From Octopus vulgaris (Eukaryota), in assembly GCA_951406725.2 (NCBI GenBank), contig OX597823.1:46190001-46254000 (forward strand): a stretch of DNA of 64,000 bases, read 5' to 3'. Under the pieces are notes generated by a model. The model did no database searches and was not told where the DNA came from. It was given only the letters and a program-made list of their open reading frames with translations. Below are positions 1 through 13,049 of the stretch, one piece after another. Within the stretch, counting starts at the first letter, position 1. Each line of letters begins with the position of its first letter. A program made the translations under genes and the position numbers.

Positions 1-807
1 AGATTCTGTCTTTGTAGGGTTTTATTTTATTAATATCACTAATAGATGAGACGGCGAGGTGAAATTTATACATACTGCTCAAAGTAAGGCGAAACTAAAG
101 AAAGATTTTTCCTTTATAAACAAGTATAAACAATTACATTATAGGGAAATACTTGAAGCGTTAGTCTCCCCTTCATTAAACTACAAGACAAAGCATACTT
201 CATCTACTGTATTTCCATTTCTTTCGGCTTTAGAGGGCGTACTATTCTATCCTACAGACAGACTGCAAAGAAAATGGCTGTATCAATATAAATATCGATG
301 CCACCAGCAGTAATTACTCTAACTACATTAACTATGGCAACAAAAACGAAAAGGAAATTAACAATATAGTAATGCCAATCCCCATCTGGATTGCTGACAA
401 ATAAGCTGTACTGAGAAAGTAATTAATGTTTAGCCTAGTGATAATGAAATATGATTTATCACACCTTATGTTTGTTTTGTCTATTTAAGTGTGTGTTCAG
501 TGTTCTAATTCCATTTTTATGTTATCAGCCTTACTTAGTTGTTATTAGAAACCACGAAGACAACCTGAGCATAGACGGAGCATTGTATAAAGCGCTATAC
601 CTATCTGTTGCTATTGATTTATTTCGATTATGTATAGTTTGATTTAACTGAAAACATTACATGCCTAGTACTGTTAATTCTATCAGCTCTACAGAAATGA
701 AGATAAATTCAATTACTGCACTATTTGAACTCATAATATAGAGAGTCAGAACTAAAACTGCAAGTTATTTAGACCGCTACTCTATAGATTTGCTATTATT
801 CTTGCAA

Positions 808-916
808 GTTAAGTACCAGTTACGGACTGGGGGTCGATGTAATCCATTTAATCTCTTTGTCTGTCCTTGTTTGTCCCCTCTATGTTTAACCTCTTGTGAG
901 CAATAACGAAATAAGA
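808..916 (+). mobile_element. 3' half of tRNA-derived SINE (family A, Meta/MESC-like core)
   Basis: taagtaccag...ggggtcgatgtaat...tttgtctgtccttgtttgtcccctctatg matches the reverse complement of the copy at 27269-27502. Confidence 0.75.
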
Positions 917-1066
917 ATTTCCATTATATAAATTTTATGACTCAAATAAAAAATAAAAGAACAAAAGACAATAATTTGACTGAGATTTGAATGAACAATA
1001 ATAGTATTGGAATTTAATTTGATTTTAAAGTAACGTTCCCTCAAAAACTGTTGTAGTTCTTTAAGC

Positions 1067-1500
1067 ATTCTCTCGCGTTAACTATCCTTCAATGTTATTA
1101 AGCCGTACTTACTTTCATTGTGAAAATATTCACACAGATAGGGTTACCGTTGCTATGTAGGGTCGTGGCCGAACGGCATAGGTGACCGCCTGGAAGGGCT
1201 GTTGTCGTCGCTCCTTTCTGATAACGGTTAGCTCCCCTATTGCCGGTGCAAGGTCGACTCTACACGGCTGGCGCGTCCTCGAATCTCTGCCGCCGCCGCC
1301 ACACCGCCCGCCTTTCAGACGCCCGCGTCTGCCTGCCTCTTCACGCCTGCCTTTCAACGCTCATAGGTTCGTCCTCTCGCAATCGAACCCCTTTTCGTTA
1401 CCACATTTTGTCTCGCCTCCGACCCCCGGCCTCGTCTTCGCAGCCGAGGTAAACGTTAAAGCACGAGAATAATTGTGAGAATAGAAAATCCGGCTTCGGT
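1067..1500. repeat. CpG-rich island, probably a non-autonomous repeat (HINE/MITE-like?)
   Basis: Sharp GC/CpG-rich block in AT-rich DNA; imperfect inverted ends attctctcgcgttaac / gttaaagcacgagaat; no convincing protein. Confidence 0.3.
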
Positions 1501-1629
1501 GTAAGTTGATGAACTAATATCTTAGTATATGTCGTTGTACTTGTTTCTCTGTGCATGAGCGCATGTGTGGTGCTTGTGCGTTTAGGGCGGTGGGGTTGTG
1601 TGTAGGGGTGCGTGCGTGTGTGTGTGCGT

Positions 1630-1746
1630 GAGGGATACAGGCATCCAGCAAAAGGACCTCCGTAATGCCATGATGGACCGTGAAGTCTGGCGTAGCATGG
1701 TAAATTCCATTGTCTCGACCACGGTCGAACAATGATGATGATGATG
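1630..1746 (+). mobile_element. RTE-clade LINE 3' terminus with (ATG)n tail
   Basis: Encodes RDTGIQQKDLRNAMMDREVWRSMVNSIV then a tgatgatga tail; near-identical to 59890-60130 (-). Confidence 0.75.
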
Positions 1747-1839
1747 TGAGTATCTATGTATATGTATACATATATTTATATGTATTTATATATATATATA
1801 TTTACGTGTGTATGTGTGTGTGTGTATATATATATATAT

Positions 1840-1898
1840 AATCATTATTATTACTACTACTACTACTATTACTATTACTACTACTACTACCACTACTG

Positions 1899-1929
<31 letters not shown>

Positions 1930-1930
1930 A
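1840..1930. repeat. (TTA)/(CTA)n microsatellite
   Basis: Direct inspection. Confidence 0.95.
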
Positions 1931-2678
1931 CATACATGCACAAGTGCACGCGCGCACTCACTTACACACACACACACATATACATACATATATTTATATA
2001 CATTAATACAATTCCATTATCTCTTTGCTCTTTCTCTCTCTTTCTTATTTCCCTTCTCATTCTCTTTCTGTTTTCCCTTTCTCTTTCTCCCCCCTCCACT
2101 CTCCCCTCTCTTTCTCCCTGAATGACACTTGGTGTATATATTGTTTATAAATGAGATCTGCAAATATAAGAATTACTAAGACTTACGTATTTGATATCCA
2201 GCTTGAACTCGTAAAATTTATTATTACCTTTTTTAGTTATTTTTTTTACATTTTTAAATCTTGATATTTCTAGTTTTCTTCACAAGAAACATGTCATTTT
2301 AACTACAAAAGAATTCACCAGTTCTTCATAATTCTTAACTTCTAAGCTTGTTGCCAACTCATAATATATTTGTTTTTATTTGGTGCTATTCGCATCTTCT
2401 TTGTATGTTATCTCTGTATTGTGACTAAATGGTAAAATCACGCAGTAATCTTATGTTAATCTTCTTAATATGAGCTTTTCGATATTCTGGCGAACATTTA
2501 AAAACAATTTCCGTATTTAAAATGACATAGCCCGTCTTTATTGAATATTTACTTGACTTTAATCCTAAACAACTATTCATAAAAATAAAGTTTATGTGTA
2601 AATTTCAATAAATTGATAAGTATGCTACGTATGAATCATACATATATATATATATATATGCATACATGCATACATACA

Positions 2679-2715
<37 letters not shown>

Positions 2716-3779
2716 GTAAAGGAGTGAGAGAGTGAGAAAGACTGATATAGATATATACGTACGAATATATATATTTATCTCTGCGTGTGTGTCTGTGCGT
2801 ATCTAATGTCTACAAATACTGTCAAAGAGAGAGAAAGTGAGAGAGAGAGAGAGAAAGAGAAAGAGAGAGAGAGAAATAGAGAGAGAGAGGAAAAAAAAGT
2901 AAATATGCTACTATAGAAGTCGAATGATATGTATTTCGCTTGCTTTGCGAATTGGTGACTGATTATACGAAGTGGCCTCTGAAAGAGTTTGTTTGGCGGT
3001 TTACTAAATTTATGTTTGTTTACGGGATCAAGCTGGAAATCTAATGCATCGTGTGCCCATTGGGGGTAAGCCATTGTAAAGGAGGCAATCCTTTCTGGAT
3101 TAAATAGAAGTAAATTTGAAAGTCTGAAATTCAGGTCAAGGAATAAAATTGTACTGCGCTGCGTATACACATGAAATAATTTTATTTTAATCATATTATG
3201 AAGTTATTAAAGTCTCTAGTCGTTGGCAGCTATGTATAGACTTGTTTCACCACGGTGTATCCCAATGTAGGTAAATTATGCTAAATTCATCATTTCTCGA
3301 AGTTAGACGTTTCTTTTCATGAGAAAATAGTTAATAGTTTAAAAAGCATCATACATCGTTCTTCAGTAATAGAGAAAAGAGAGAGAGGGGGAAGGAAGAG
3401 AGAGGCAGAGGGGGAGAAAGGGAGAGGACAATTTGTTACATGCAGGTAACAATCTAGTTTTTTTCTCCAGTCACATGAGAGTTATATGCACTTTTACCTG
3501 GTAGTTTCTCACAAACATAGGTTACCATAATAAGAGTCTAGCTTCGTCCAGGATCACACATTACTCCAAATCTATAATTCGAGCCATCTCACAATATGAA
3601 TTGTAATAAACTATGATGTAGAAAACGCATAAGCTATAACGTAGAAATTGCAGGCACACACACACACACACGCACACATACACACACACACGCACGCACC
3701 TACACACACACAATTATGTACTCTCATGTCGTAAACAGTAGCAAGAAATGAAGATCCTATTTTGTTCGCGCTTGGCTGA

Positions 3780-5340
3780 ACAGCCTTCGCACATGATTTG
3801 TTTCTAGTGATCAAATGTTTGTGTTTTAAATTAGTCCACTCTCGCCATCAAACTGACTTTTCTTGTACTGGAGCGCTGTAGGCCCACCTGTCTGATATGA
3901 AAGTTGTCGCAGATCCTATTGGGAATGTTAGGCTTGGTTTAACTTACTGGTATATACCCAGAATAATACGCTGTCGTTTCCAGGGCACAGTTCCAAGCAC
4001 ATAACAGAGTTTTAGTGACAATTATTTTCCTTCTTCTTCATAGGATTTTGTGGTTCGGGAGCACCAACGATGGTACCTGAAGATCTACTTATCACTGAAT
4101 ATATTTGCAAAGTTAAAATCCTCTGGATCAAAATAAATTCTGTGTTGTTAAATTTCCAATATTTGAGAATTTTTTCTTGCCTTCTTAAAGTATTTTCACA
4201 AGCAATAATTTAACACCCTCAGAAAGGATATTGTCAAGAATTGGTGAGTTTCCTTTATTTAGTTTTTCAGCATGACAACTCTAAGCTTATAATTTCCCCA
4301 TAAATGCTTCAGGGTTTCTTGTGATCTGAATAAAGGTCCACGTGGTTTTCCTGAAACGATATATTCGGATCCTTGGAATAATGCGAAATGTAAGCCAAGT
4401 AACCTGGATTAACAATAAAATGTTCATCTTCAAACTTGCTGACGTCTCAAATAAGTCAAGTATTTCATTCCAAAATTTTAATGCACGTGGAGCAATACGG
4501 TAACGACTGAGACTACACACCACAGTTTGATACATTAACACAATTCTCTACGCAAATCTCTTTCCAGAATTTTTGAAATAACTACTGAAGTTTTAATAAT
4601 TTTTCCTATAACGTCTTAAAAGTTTTGGCCAGTGTTTTCGTTGATAAACCATTGAAATGTAAGAAACAGTATTTTGGCAACATATAAGGAATTTCCTCCT
4701 GGACCAGTACAACAAAACTAGATTTGTTGCCAATTATGTCTGGAGCTCTATGCATACAAATACACCCAAATGGAATCCCTTGACAACTTACGTCGATTAA
4801 AGATCAGTTGTATCAGCTTGGCCATGTCCTCTTCTTTCATATGGGTTGATCGCAGAATAAAAATTTCTTTGTATCTGGTATTTTCACGAACATAGATATA
4901 TATAGATATAATGCAAGTTATTGACTGTTATTTCATTCTTTAATACTTTGTTTCTCTGTGATAAATACTGATTTTTGCGCCATCTTTAAACTCGGTGTTA
5001 ATTTGAGTTGCTTCCAAACAGTTAAATTCAATGCTTTAGTTCTAGTGTACAAAACTTGATTGGAACTTGTACATTTTGAAAGAGTTTATTTTGTTTTTCA
5101 AACTGTCTCTGGAGTTTTGAGGTGTGGGATTGGCTTATAAAGGAGTTATTTGTAGAATTCAGAAAAATGTAAATGTATCAGTTCTTATTTCTGTGATGCA
5201 TTTAATAAACACCCCTTTTCCAAGTTGATCATAATCAACATAATACGAAGCCCGTAAATAGCACGTTAAGGGGATACAAATCCGATTCAGAGTTTTATGA
5301 AATAACAAGGTTTTACAAAAACGAACATCATCGGAATTTG
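3780..5340 (-). pseudogene. Highly decayed L1/Tx1-like RT relic
   Basis: Minus-strand remnants INTEFKDGAKI (cf. LLNTEFKILAK), KLSRDSIW and LFETSASLKMN (cf. F..ASGLK.N); many stops and frameshifts. Confidence 0.35.
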
Positions 5341-5663
5341 TTAATTTCTTCCATCAGCTGACTTCACTGATTCATGTTTCTTTTGAAAGTAAATATAATT
5401 ACAATTTTCTCAAAATTTCGTTGGAACTGTTGAGGTACAAAATTTCATCGGAAGCATTCTTGATATAACTTCAGATATAACTTCAGACATGCAGGATTTT
5501 TCTTATGCATCAGATAGAATCTTACAGATGCATTCTTCATTCTTAATACTATAAGACTAACTCCATCCTCCTCATTTTATTTTCAAAGGCGCTTTCATTT
5601 TTTAGAACTATTTCCGATTTCAAAATATTTCGCTATTTATTGTATATTGTAATTCATATTTTG

Positions 5664-5990
5664 GTGAAAGCACGTGACTTAGTCGTTAGGGTATTCTGCT
5701 TTCGATCGCAAGGTCATGAGCTTAATTCTTGGTGGCGCGTTGTGTCCTTGAGCAAGACACTTTAGTTCTCATTGCTCCACTTCACTCAGTTGGCAAAAAT
5801 GAATTGTACCTGTATTTTAAAAGCCCTCCTTCTCACACTCTGTATCACGCTAAATCTCCCTGAGAACTACATTAAGGGTAAACGTAGCTGTGGATGTTCA
5901 ACCACTTGCACGTTAATTTCACGAGCAAGCTGTTCCATTGATCGGATCAACTGCGACCCACATCGTCGTAGCCGTCAGAGAGCCAGCAAA
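5664..5990 (+). mobile_element. tRNA-derived SINE (family B, CORE-like)
   Basis: Degenerate A/B boxes, gtgtccttgagcaagacactt core, tail shared with 15678, 32354 and 35803 copies. Confidence 0.8.
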
Positions 5991-6399
5991 TAATAATAAT
6001 TCGCATTTCACGAGGATTTTTCCTTAAAACAACGTAATTAGACATGAAATTCGTATTTTTTTCCTTTACTATCAATAGGTATTTTATGCTTGACGTAATT
6101 TAAGACTCCACCACTAATTTTTGTGTTACCCTCTGTATTTTCAGATAATGAATAGGATGCCTAACACTGCTTATACTTTTTGATATCCGAAAAATAAATG
6201 TTAACACTCTCGTAACACTATTAATATATATTCAATATTTTGAAAATTTGAAAACTAGTCAAATATTTGCAAATAAAGAATCATAAATTTCCTTAGAATA
6301 AAATCAAACAATAAAATGTTTTAATTGCTGAACAGGCAACACGAATCTATCTGGCTGCGTTCTTAAAGAATTGACATTTGTTACTTGTTCAATTTAATT

Positions 6400-8050
6400 A
6401 CAAGGACATAGTGATGACTCTAAATGTAAGACGTATGTGAGAATGTTGCCTTCCAGAAATTCTTCTGTCATGTTCAGACAGAACATATTGCAATTTTGAC
6501 TCCCAGGACATGATTTCTTCATCAAGAATGAAATACCCAGCAAATTCACAGCTATGTTTATAAAGATTATAATTTTTGTACCGTCAATTAAACATTTATG
6601 AAGTATGAGGTACAAAGGAAATATTATTGAAACAATATGGAGAGTAAAGTTAATTCTAAGAAAATACATTCTCACACTTATGTATTGGTTTCAAATTTTG
6701 GTCGGGAATATCGGAGGCGAGGGTAAGACAATTACATCGACCCCACTGCTGCTCCACTGATACTTATGTTATCGACCCTGAAAGGATGAAAAGCAACCTC
6801 AACGGAATTTGAACTCAGAACGTAAGGATGGACTAAATGCCGCTTTGCATTTTGCCCGGCGTGGCAACACGTCATCTCGCTGCCTTCTCTCACACACATA
6901 TATATATATTATTCGATAAATGAGAATAGTCAGCAATCCAGGCACTAGCAGGAACATTTTATGTGCTTGATAAACATCTATCAATGTATGTTGCTTCATT
7001 CCTTTATAGTTTTAAGTGCTTCAGCATATTTGATTGACTTCAAGTACCACAACAAATTGAGCAAGACCGAGATATTGTGTGTAAAATCTAATTCCTTAGT
7101 AGTTCTCAGTGAAAGCTGGTATGATTTCCCTTAAGAAAAGAACCACGGTTGTTAAAATTTAATTCAAACTAACGATATTGAACTCAAAGTTGCTAACTGG
7201 AACGAGACAACGTTTTTATCTGAATCCAGGCACGTGAAGAAAAAACAGTAGCGATAATAGTATTTTTGTTTTCATTTTTCTAATACAGCATCGCAAAAAG
7301 TTTTAAGATGTTCAAAATACAGCAAGAATTACGTAATTAGCAAATCATCTTTGATTTTAATTTCTTTCGTCACAATACAGTTTTTCGGGAAAAAGACAGC
7401 TTTTCAGCTTGAGTTATATATTTTATACATTTTAAAATTCAACTCAATTATTCTCAGATATAATTTTCTTTGATGTACTAGATTTTAGAATTTCCTTTAT
7501 ATTGCTTTACCTTGTCCTCCATCTCGAAGACTTTCATTTCCAAATGTCATAGGCATTACGCCTTCCTCCAGACGTCGCAGCTAAAAAAAACCAAGTGCGA
7601 TATAGTTTTTATTTTCATCTATTTATTAAAACATTATTTTTTATTAGTCAATTGCCTCTTATCTCTAAATATTGACTCAGTGTTCAGATTTAGTATTATA
7701 CGCGCTTGTGTGTGTTTGTTTGTGTATGTTTGCATATATGTGTGCGTTTGTATGTGGTGTTTTGTCTATTAATGCATAAAAGATTTGCTTACTGCAGACT
7801 GCACTTATTTTGTGTCTTTCAACTCAACGACAATTATCTTGAAGAATGTCATCGCCGACTGTATTAAAGATAAATAAGGTGAATTCGACTCACTAGACTA
7901 CTTGAAAAGTAACTCAATTCCATCTGTGGAATCAAGTTTGGAGAACACAACCATAAGAGTATTCTTTCTTCTCTCTTCACGTTGCAAATATTATATAGAA
8001 AGACAGTTCTGTAACCACGTTCTAGCTGAAGTATCTATTCACTCATGTTT
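6400..8050 (-). pseudogene. Ancient hAT (Charlie/Buster-like) transposase relic, interrupted by a SINE
   Basis: Faint remnants resembling LS.NTV.RRI (~7860), LLFH..RW..G.VL.RF (~7220) and TYLCE..FS (~6550). Confidence 0.3.
6686..6886 (-). mobile_element. SINE family A
   Basis: atcgaccc..gaaaggatgaaa..cggaatttgaactcagaacgt..cattttgcccggcgtg. Confidence 0.75.
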
Positions 8051-8124
8051 AGATATTTATGAGGAGGTGAATATTTTGTTTGTAAGTCTATACTGTATGA
8101 ATGTATACAAATACGCACACATGT

Positions 8125-8129
<5 letters not shown>

Positions 8130-8205
<76 letters not shown>
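8130..8205. repeat. (TA)n microsatellite
   Basis: Direct inspection. Confidence 0.95.
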
Positions 8206-8206
<1 letters not shown>

Positions 8207-8289
8207 GTAGAAGCAAAGAAGTTCCATAACGGAATTAAGGACAATATATTCATAGAATGACAACGTTGGCTTCACATCTTTGCACTAAT

Positions 8290-8394
8290 GAAATGCAAAG
8301 TAGACCACGGCGGAATTTGAACTCAAAATGTAAAGACGGACGAAAAACAGCTAAGCATTTGCCCGGCGTGCTAACGATTGTGCCAGCTCGCCCC
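8290..8394 (-). mobile_element. SINE family A 5' fragment
   Basis: ggcggaatttgaactc..gcccggcgtgctaacgattgtgccagctcgcc. Confidence 0.7.
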
Positions 8395-8584
8395 AATATG
8401 GGCTGACATAATTAAATAGCAGTTTTATCTTTTATATACTTCGGAATTCGTGTTCTGAGTTACATAGGGAATACAAGATTTATAAATCCCAATTTACTTT
8501 TTAAACAGTCACACATGTATGTATGTATGTATGTATGTATGTATGTATGTATGTATGTATGTATGTATGTATGTATGTATGTAT

Positions 8585-8687
8585 TCAGAACATTTTCTGG
8601 TTTAAAAAGCCACATCCGATGCCATGATGGTGCTAAGGTGTAGGTATCGTAGGTGGTCAAACTCTGCATAAGGAGTAGAAAACCACC

Positions 8688-8720
<33 letters not shown>

Positions 8721-9960
8721 TGTATGTATGTATGTATGTATGTATGTATGTATGTATGGTCAATGGGGGGTCCACATAGTCGTCGGATGCTGGTTGGTGA
8801 GCACCATACTGAACTTTGTGCAATATATAAAAAAAAGCTGAAGTGTTTTATGGTTTTCTAAAGAAGATTCAGTCGTTGGCATTTAGTCCAATATGTTGAG
8901 GATTTGTTTTCGATGGGATATATCAGCTCAACAAGTTGTAGTAACCGTGTGAATAATGTTTGGGTGTTTAAGGAGTGTAGTGCTGCTATGATATTTTCAT
9001 GATATGAATAGCGATTGTGTTTTGTAGCTGTTGAAGGTAAGACGATTGCTTATCTCCAGTGGAGGGTATTTTATAGAACCTAGGTAACGTGTGGATGATT
9101 CCTGGGTAGCGTAGATTAAGGAAAATTGAAGGATGATATCATCTGAATAGGTTTTGCTAATAGTGACAGAAAGTAGATCATTTTATGTATTGAATAAAGA
9201 AATCAAAACAGAAATCAGTGATACACCTAGATGGATCGACTGAAGAACAAGAAGAGCTCGTTGACACTAGCTGTGCTAGCGTAATCTCACGAGAAAGTAC
9301 CAGTCCAAGAAATAGGAAACAGATGTGGCCCATGAGAAGTCAAATTTACAAGAGACTCGCTTGAGAAATGTGAAGAACAACATCATTGCTTTATCCAAAT
9401 ATCTCCAAAGTGTGTGCCCATTGATGGGTGACATACGAAATGCATACCCGTGGACTTGATTTTACAAATACCGTAGTAGTGGTCATTAAGGTGAGAGAGG
9501 AGGCGAGAGATTCAATGCCTAGCATTAAGTCGTTTTTAAAGGCTGTCTCCATTAAATATAAAGTTACTGGAAGAATGTTCGGTAGAGTAATAATGTTTCC
9601 AATGATCAGAGCAGATCCTTAGAGAGTGGGAGTGATTGTAGGGCATTCTAAGTATAGGTAACTATTTTAGAGTGGTTCAAGGAGTCAAGAAAACTGTAGT
9701 TGGAGTATGCATATTTGGAGGATTGAGGAAGAGTGACTTTGATCCAGAGAAGTTGAAAGTCGTATTTACAAATATCCAGGTAAAAGAGGTGAGCGACAGG
9801 GAGAGTAGAGTTTACATGAACGCTGAAAACTTTTCGAAGAGAAATTTGAATAAAGATTGCAGCTTTAAAAGCAGAGTTAGACGGGTGGTAAAAATTTGAG
9901 GTTAGGAGAGAATTATTGTGGAGACTTTGCTGGTAGCAGCCAGTGGCAACTGATCTCACA
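8585..9960 (-). mobile_element. Decayed CR1/Jockey-group LINE RT fragment with internal (TATG)n
   Basis: Minus-strand KTYSDDIILQFS (YADD-like), VVLHISQA (LDISKAF-like) and RYLG motifs; many stops. Confidence 0.6.
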
Positions 9961-10299
9961 TATGAACAAGGCATAAACACAACCACATACAAATGGTAGA
10001 CCACTTAAATCTTTTATTTCTACAACTTGCAGTTCTGAAAGTCCATTTTTGCTCTTTTATAACGTTGTACCAATGCTTCTGTTTCTGGTTTATTCGCACA
10101 ACAGTTCACGTCTCCAGCTCCTCAACTCTTACACCAAACAACTCTTTCACTCTTTCCATACTATGTCTGTCTCTAAGGCTCACATACCAGCTACTTCACC
10201 TCCTTCACTCTGTTTCCCAAAAGCTCCCATTGATTGAGATTACTCATTGTACCATCTACCGCCTGTCCCTACTCTTTATCCTATTCACTGACTTTACTT

Positions 10300-10960
10300 T
10301 TCTTTCTAACGGACATGATTACCATGCCGCTGGAATTTTCTCCGAAACGTCAATTTTTTAACTCCTCGCAACAACTAAACTTAATCAGACCAACAATTTT
10401 GTTTTCTTCACGAACCATGTTGTACCAATGTTGATTACTCTCTTCGGTTGATTTCCAGATACGTTGCGCATCAGACAATATTGCCTCATAGTTTGTGTAA
10501 GATATAATACTCTAGTATTATTCATATATATGCCGAGTATATTTGAGCTTGAAATCGTTTTCAGCGAGACAAATCTTCTCATTTCCATATGCCTAGCATA
10601 CTTTGGTGTACGTATTTGTGCACTGTTGGAAATCTTCCATCTCTTTTACTTGTTATTATAAAGGTGGCGATATTTTCTGTGGAAATTTAATTATTGTTTA
10701 TATTGTTTACATTTAAAAGTCTGTTGTAACTGAGGTTTCATGATTTCTTGCATGGTTGGTGTTAATAAAATGTTATTTCTAATATAATTTTACATTGGTT
10801 TTATGAGTTCTGTTGTTCATTTATAAATCTAATTCATTATAACGGTTCTATTAAATTCTTCTAATTTCGTTTAGATCGTAGTAATTCAATCCATCCTTTT
10901 TATGCATAACACTACATAGGGTTTGTTGAATTTGTTTTGAAACGTATCTAAGATGTACAA
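10300..10960 (-). mobile_element. Penelope-like element relic (GIY-YIG region)
   Basis: Minus strand ICLAENDFKLKYTRH resembles the PLE YIGL.E..FK.RY..H motif; Asn-rich linker upstream. Confidence 0.45.
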
Positions 10961-11570
10961 ACACTAAGTTTTATACTTAGCATCCAAAATATATGTATTA
11001 TAAGGAAGGAAGGGAAATCATTGTGGTTTCTATAGATTTCCTCGAACCACTTCATCATTGTTCCCTTGTTACTTCACGCAAACAATTGAATTACTTAATT
11101 TCAGAATTAATATATATGGGATGTGTCTATTTATCGTACGTAGTTTGGGTTTTACCGTTGTTATAAGTTTAAAAATACAATCTCTAGCTGACTCATTTTA
11201 GGTCTCTGGGTTTACATAATGGTTGGGCGTGGTTCAACTTTGAGTTTCACCACTTTTTTTTCTATACTTCATGTTGGCGTTACAATTTATGTGGACATTT
11301 GTCGTTTTGTGCGTCTTTTTCTTACTCGGGAGAAGTTTGAAAGAAATGCAGATGTCCATTTCGATTTTGTCTTAAAGTGACTTTAATAGCAATAAATGCA
11401 GCCGGAGATTCTCTGCCACGTCTGAATTTAGCAGGTCTAGGAAGTGATTGTGCTGTAACTAAATCTTACCTCTTTAATTAGATTTATAAAGTCAGTCTCA
11501 AAGTTCTCTCTCCGTTTCTCTCTCAATTTCTCTTTCTCTCTATCTCTCTTTCACACACACACATCCATAC

Positions 11571-11609
<39 letters not shown>

Positions 11610-12154
11610 GCATACATACAACCATGTGTACATAGATGCGGTATATTAATAAATAAAGAAATATATACTCAATGTGTGTATGTGTGTGCATCTGTGTGTG
11701 GGTGTGTGTGTATATCTGCATACGAGTGTATGTCTTCAAAATTCAATATAAATTACCAATTACAATTGTGGTTTGAAGTCGACTACTGCTCGTTCATATG
11801 TCACAGACAGCGTGTCTGGAGAATTTCATTTAATGAAAAAAAAATTAAATTATTCATTACATTGAAGAAACCAGCCGTTCCGTTAACAGGTGACCTTTTT
11901 TCTCCCCTCCTTTTTATTTTTTTTTCCTTTGTTCATTTATTTCTTTGAGTTCTTTTTAGTAGTAAGTGAAGATTAAAGTCAAATTAAGAAGGATTCTTTA
12001 TGAGATAGTGTGTTCTTGGAATCTATAATTGTTTCTTTTTGATCTTGTCGAAAGTAAAGAGGCAATACCTTGCTTTTAAGCAGAGATTTTAGTATCTTCC
12101 ATTCATTAACATTATCATTTTTATCATTTTTGTTTACTGTTTTCGTTGTTGCTG

Positions 12155-12212
<58 letters not shown>

Positions 12213-12474
12213 CATTATTATTAACCAATTTTTTCTCTCTCTCTCTCTCTCTTGTACAGACTATTATGATACAAAAACACACATGGAAATATCGTTAAAA
12301 TCAGTTTAATGTTCAGGTTAGGAGTTTAATGCACAAGTATCGATCTCATCGTCGACATTATTTATGTGCAGTTTTCTGCAGCTTGAAATCACATACACAG
12401 AAAGTGATAACCGCACAAGCAGTCCCCGCGTAAGTACCTACATACACGGGGACTGACGTAAACACATCGATACA

Positions 12475-12513
<39 letters not shown>

Positions 12514-12735
12514 GCACACACTCACACACAAACAAAAACACACATAAACACACACAAGCAAACAAATAAACAAGCACAGATGTGCATGATCACAAACAAG
12601 ACATGTGAGTACAGCAGAGGGAATTAGAAGAGCTGATCTATACTTGCTGAAGCATAAGCGCGTGTGAGCGCAAACAAACTGTCTATATATCTATGTCTCA
12701 CACCTGCAGATTCTCTTATTGCTACTACCTTTCAG

Positions 12736-12780
<45 letters not shown>

Positions 12781-12784
12781 TTAT

Positions 12785-12990
12785 ATTCTTTTGTTCTTTT
12801 ATTTGTTTCAGTCATTTAACTGCGGCCATGCTGGAGCACCACCTTTAGTTGGAGAAATTGACCCCAGGACTTATTTTTTGTAAGCCTAGCACTTATTCTA
12901 TCGGAGTCTTTTGACAAACTGCTAAGGTTCCGGGGATATAAACACACTTACATCGGTTATCAAGTTATGGTAGAGTGAGGGACAAACACA
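12785..12990 (-). mobile_element. SINE family C 3' part
   Basis: ttgtttcagtcatt..gcggccatgctggagcacc..acttattctatcgg; related pieces at 16700-17035, 22135-22260 and 22635-22700. Confidence 0.65.
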
Positions 12991-13008
12991 CACATACACA
13001 CGCACACA

Positions 13009-13049
<41 letters not shown>

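Noticed and set aside
10322-10358. Hammerhead-like GGA..UCC-GAAACGUC next to the Penelope relic
   Set aside because: No CUGANGA half-core and no stem I
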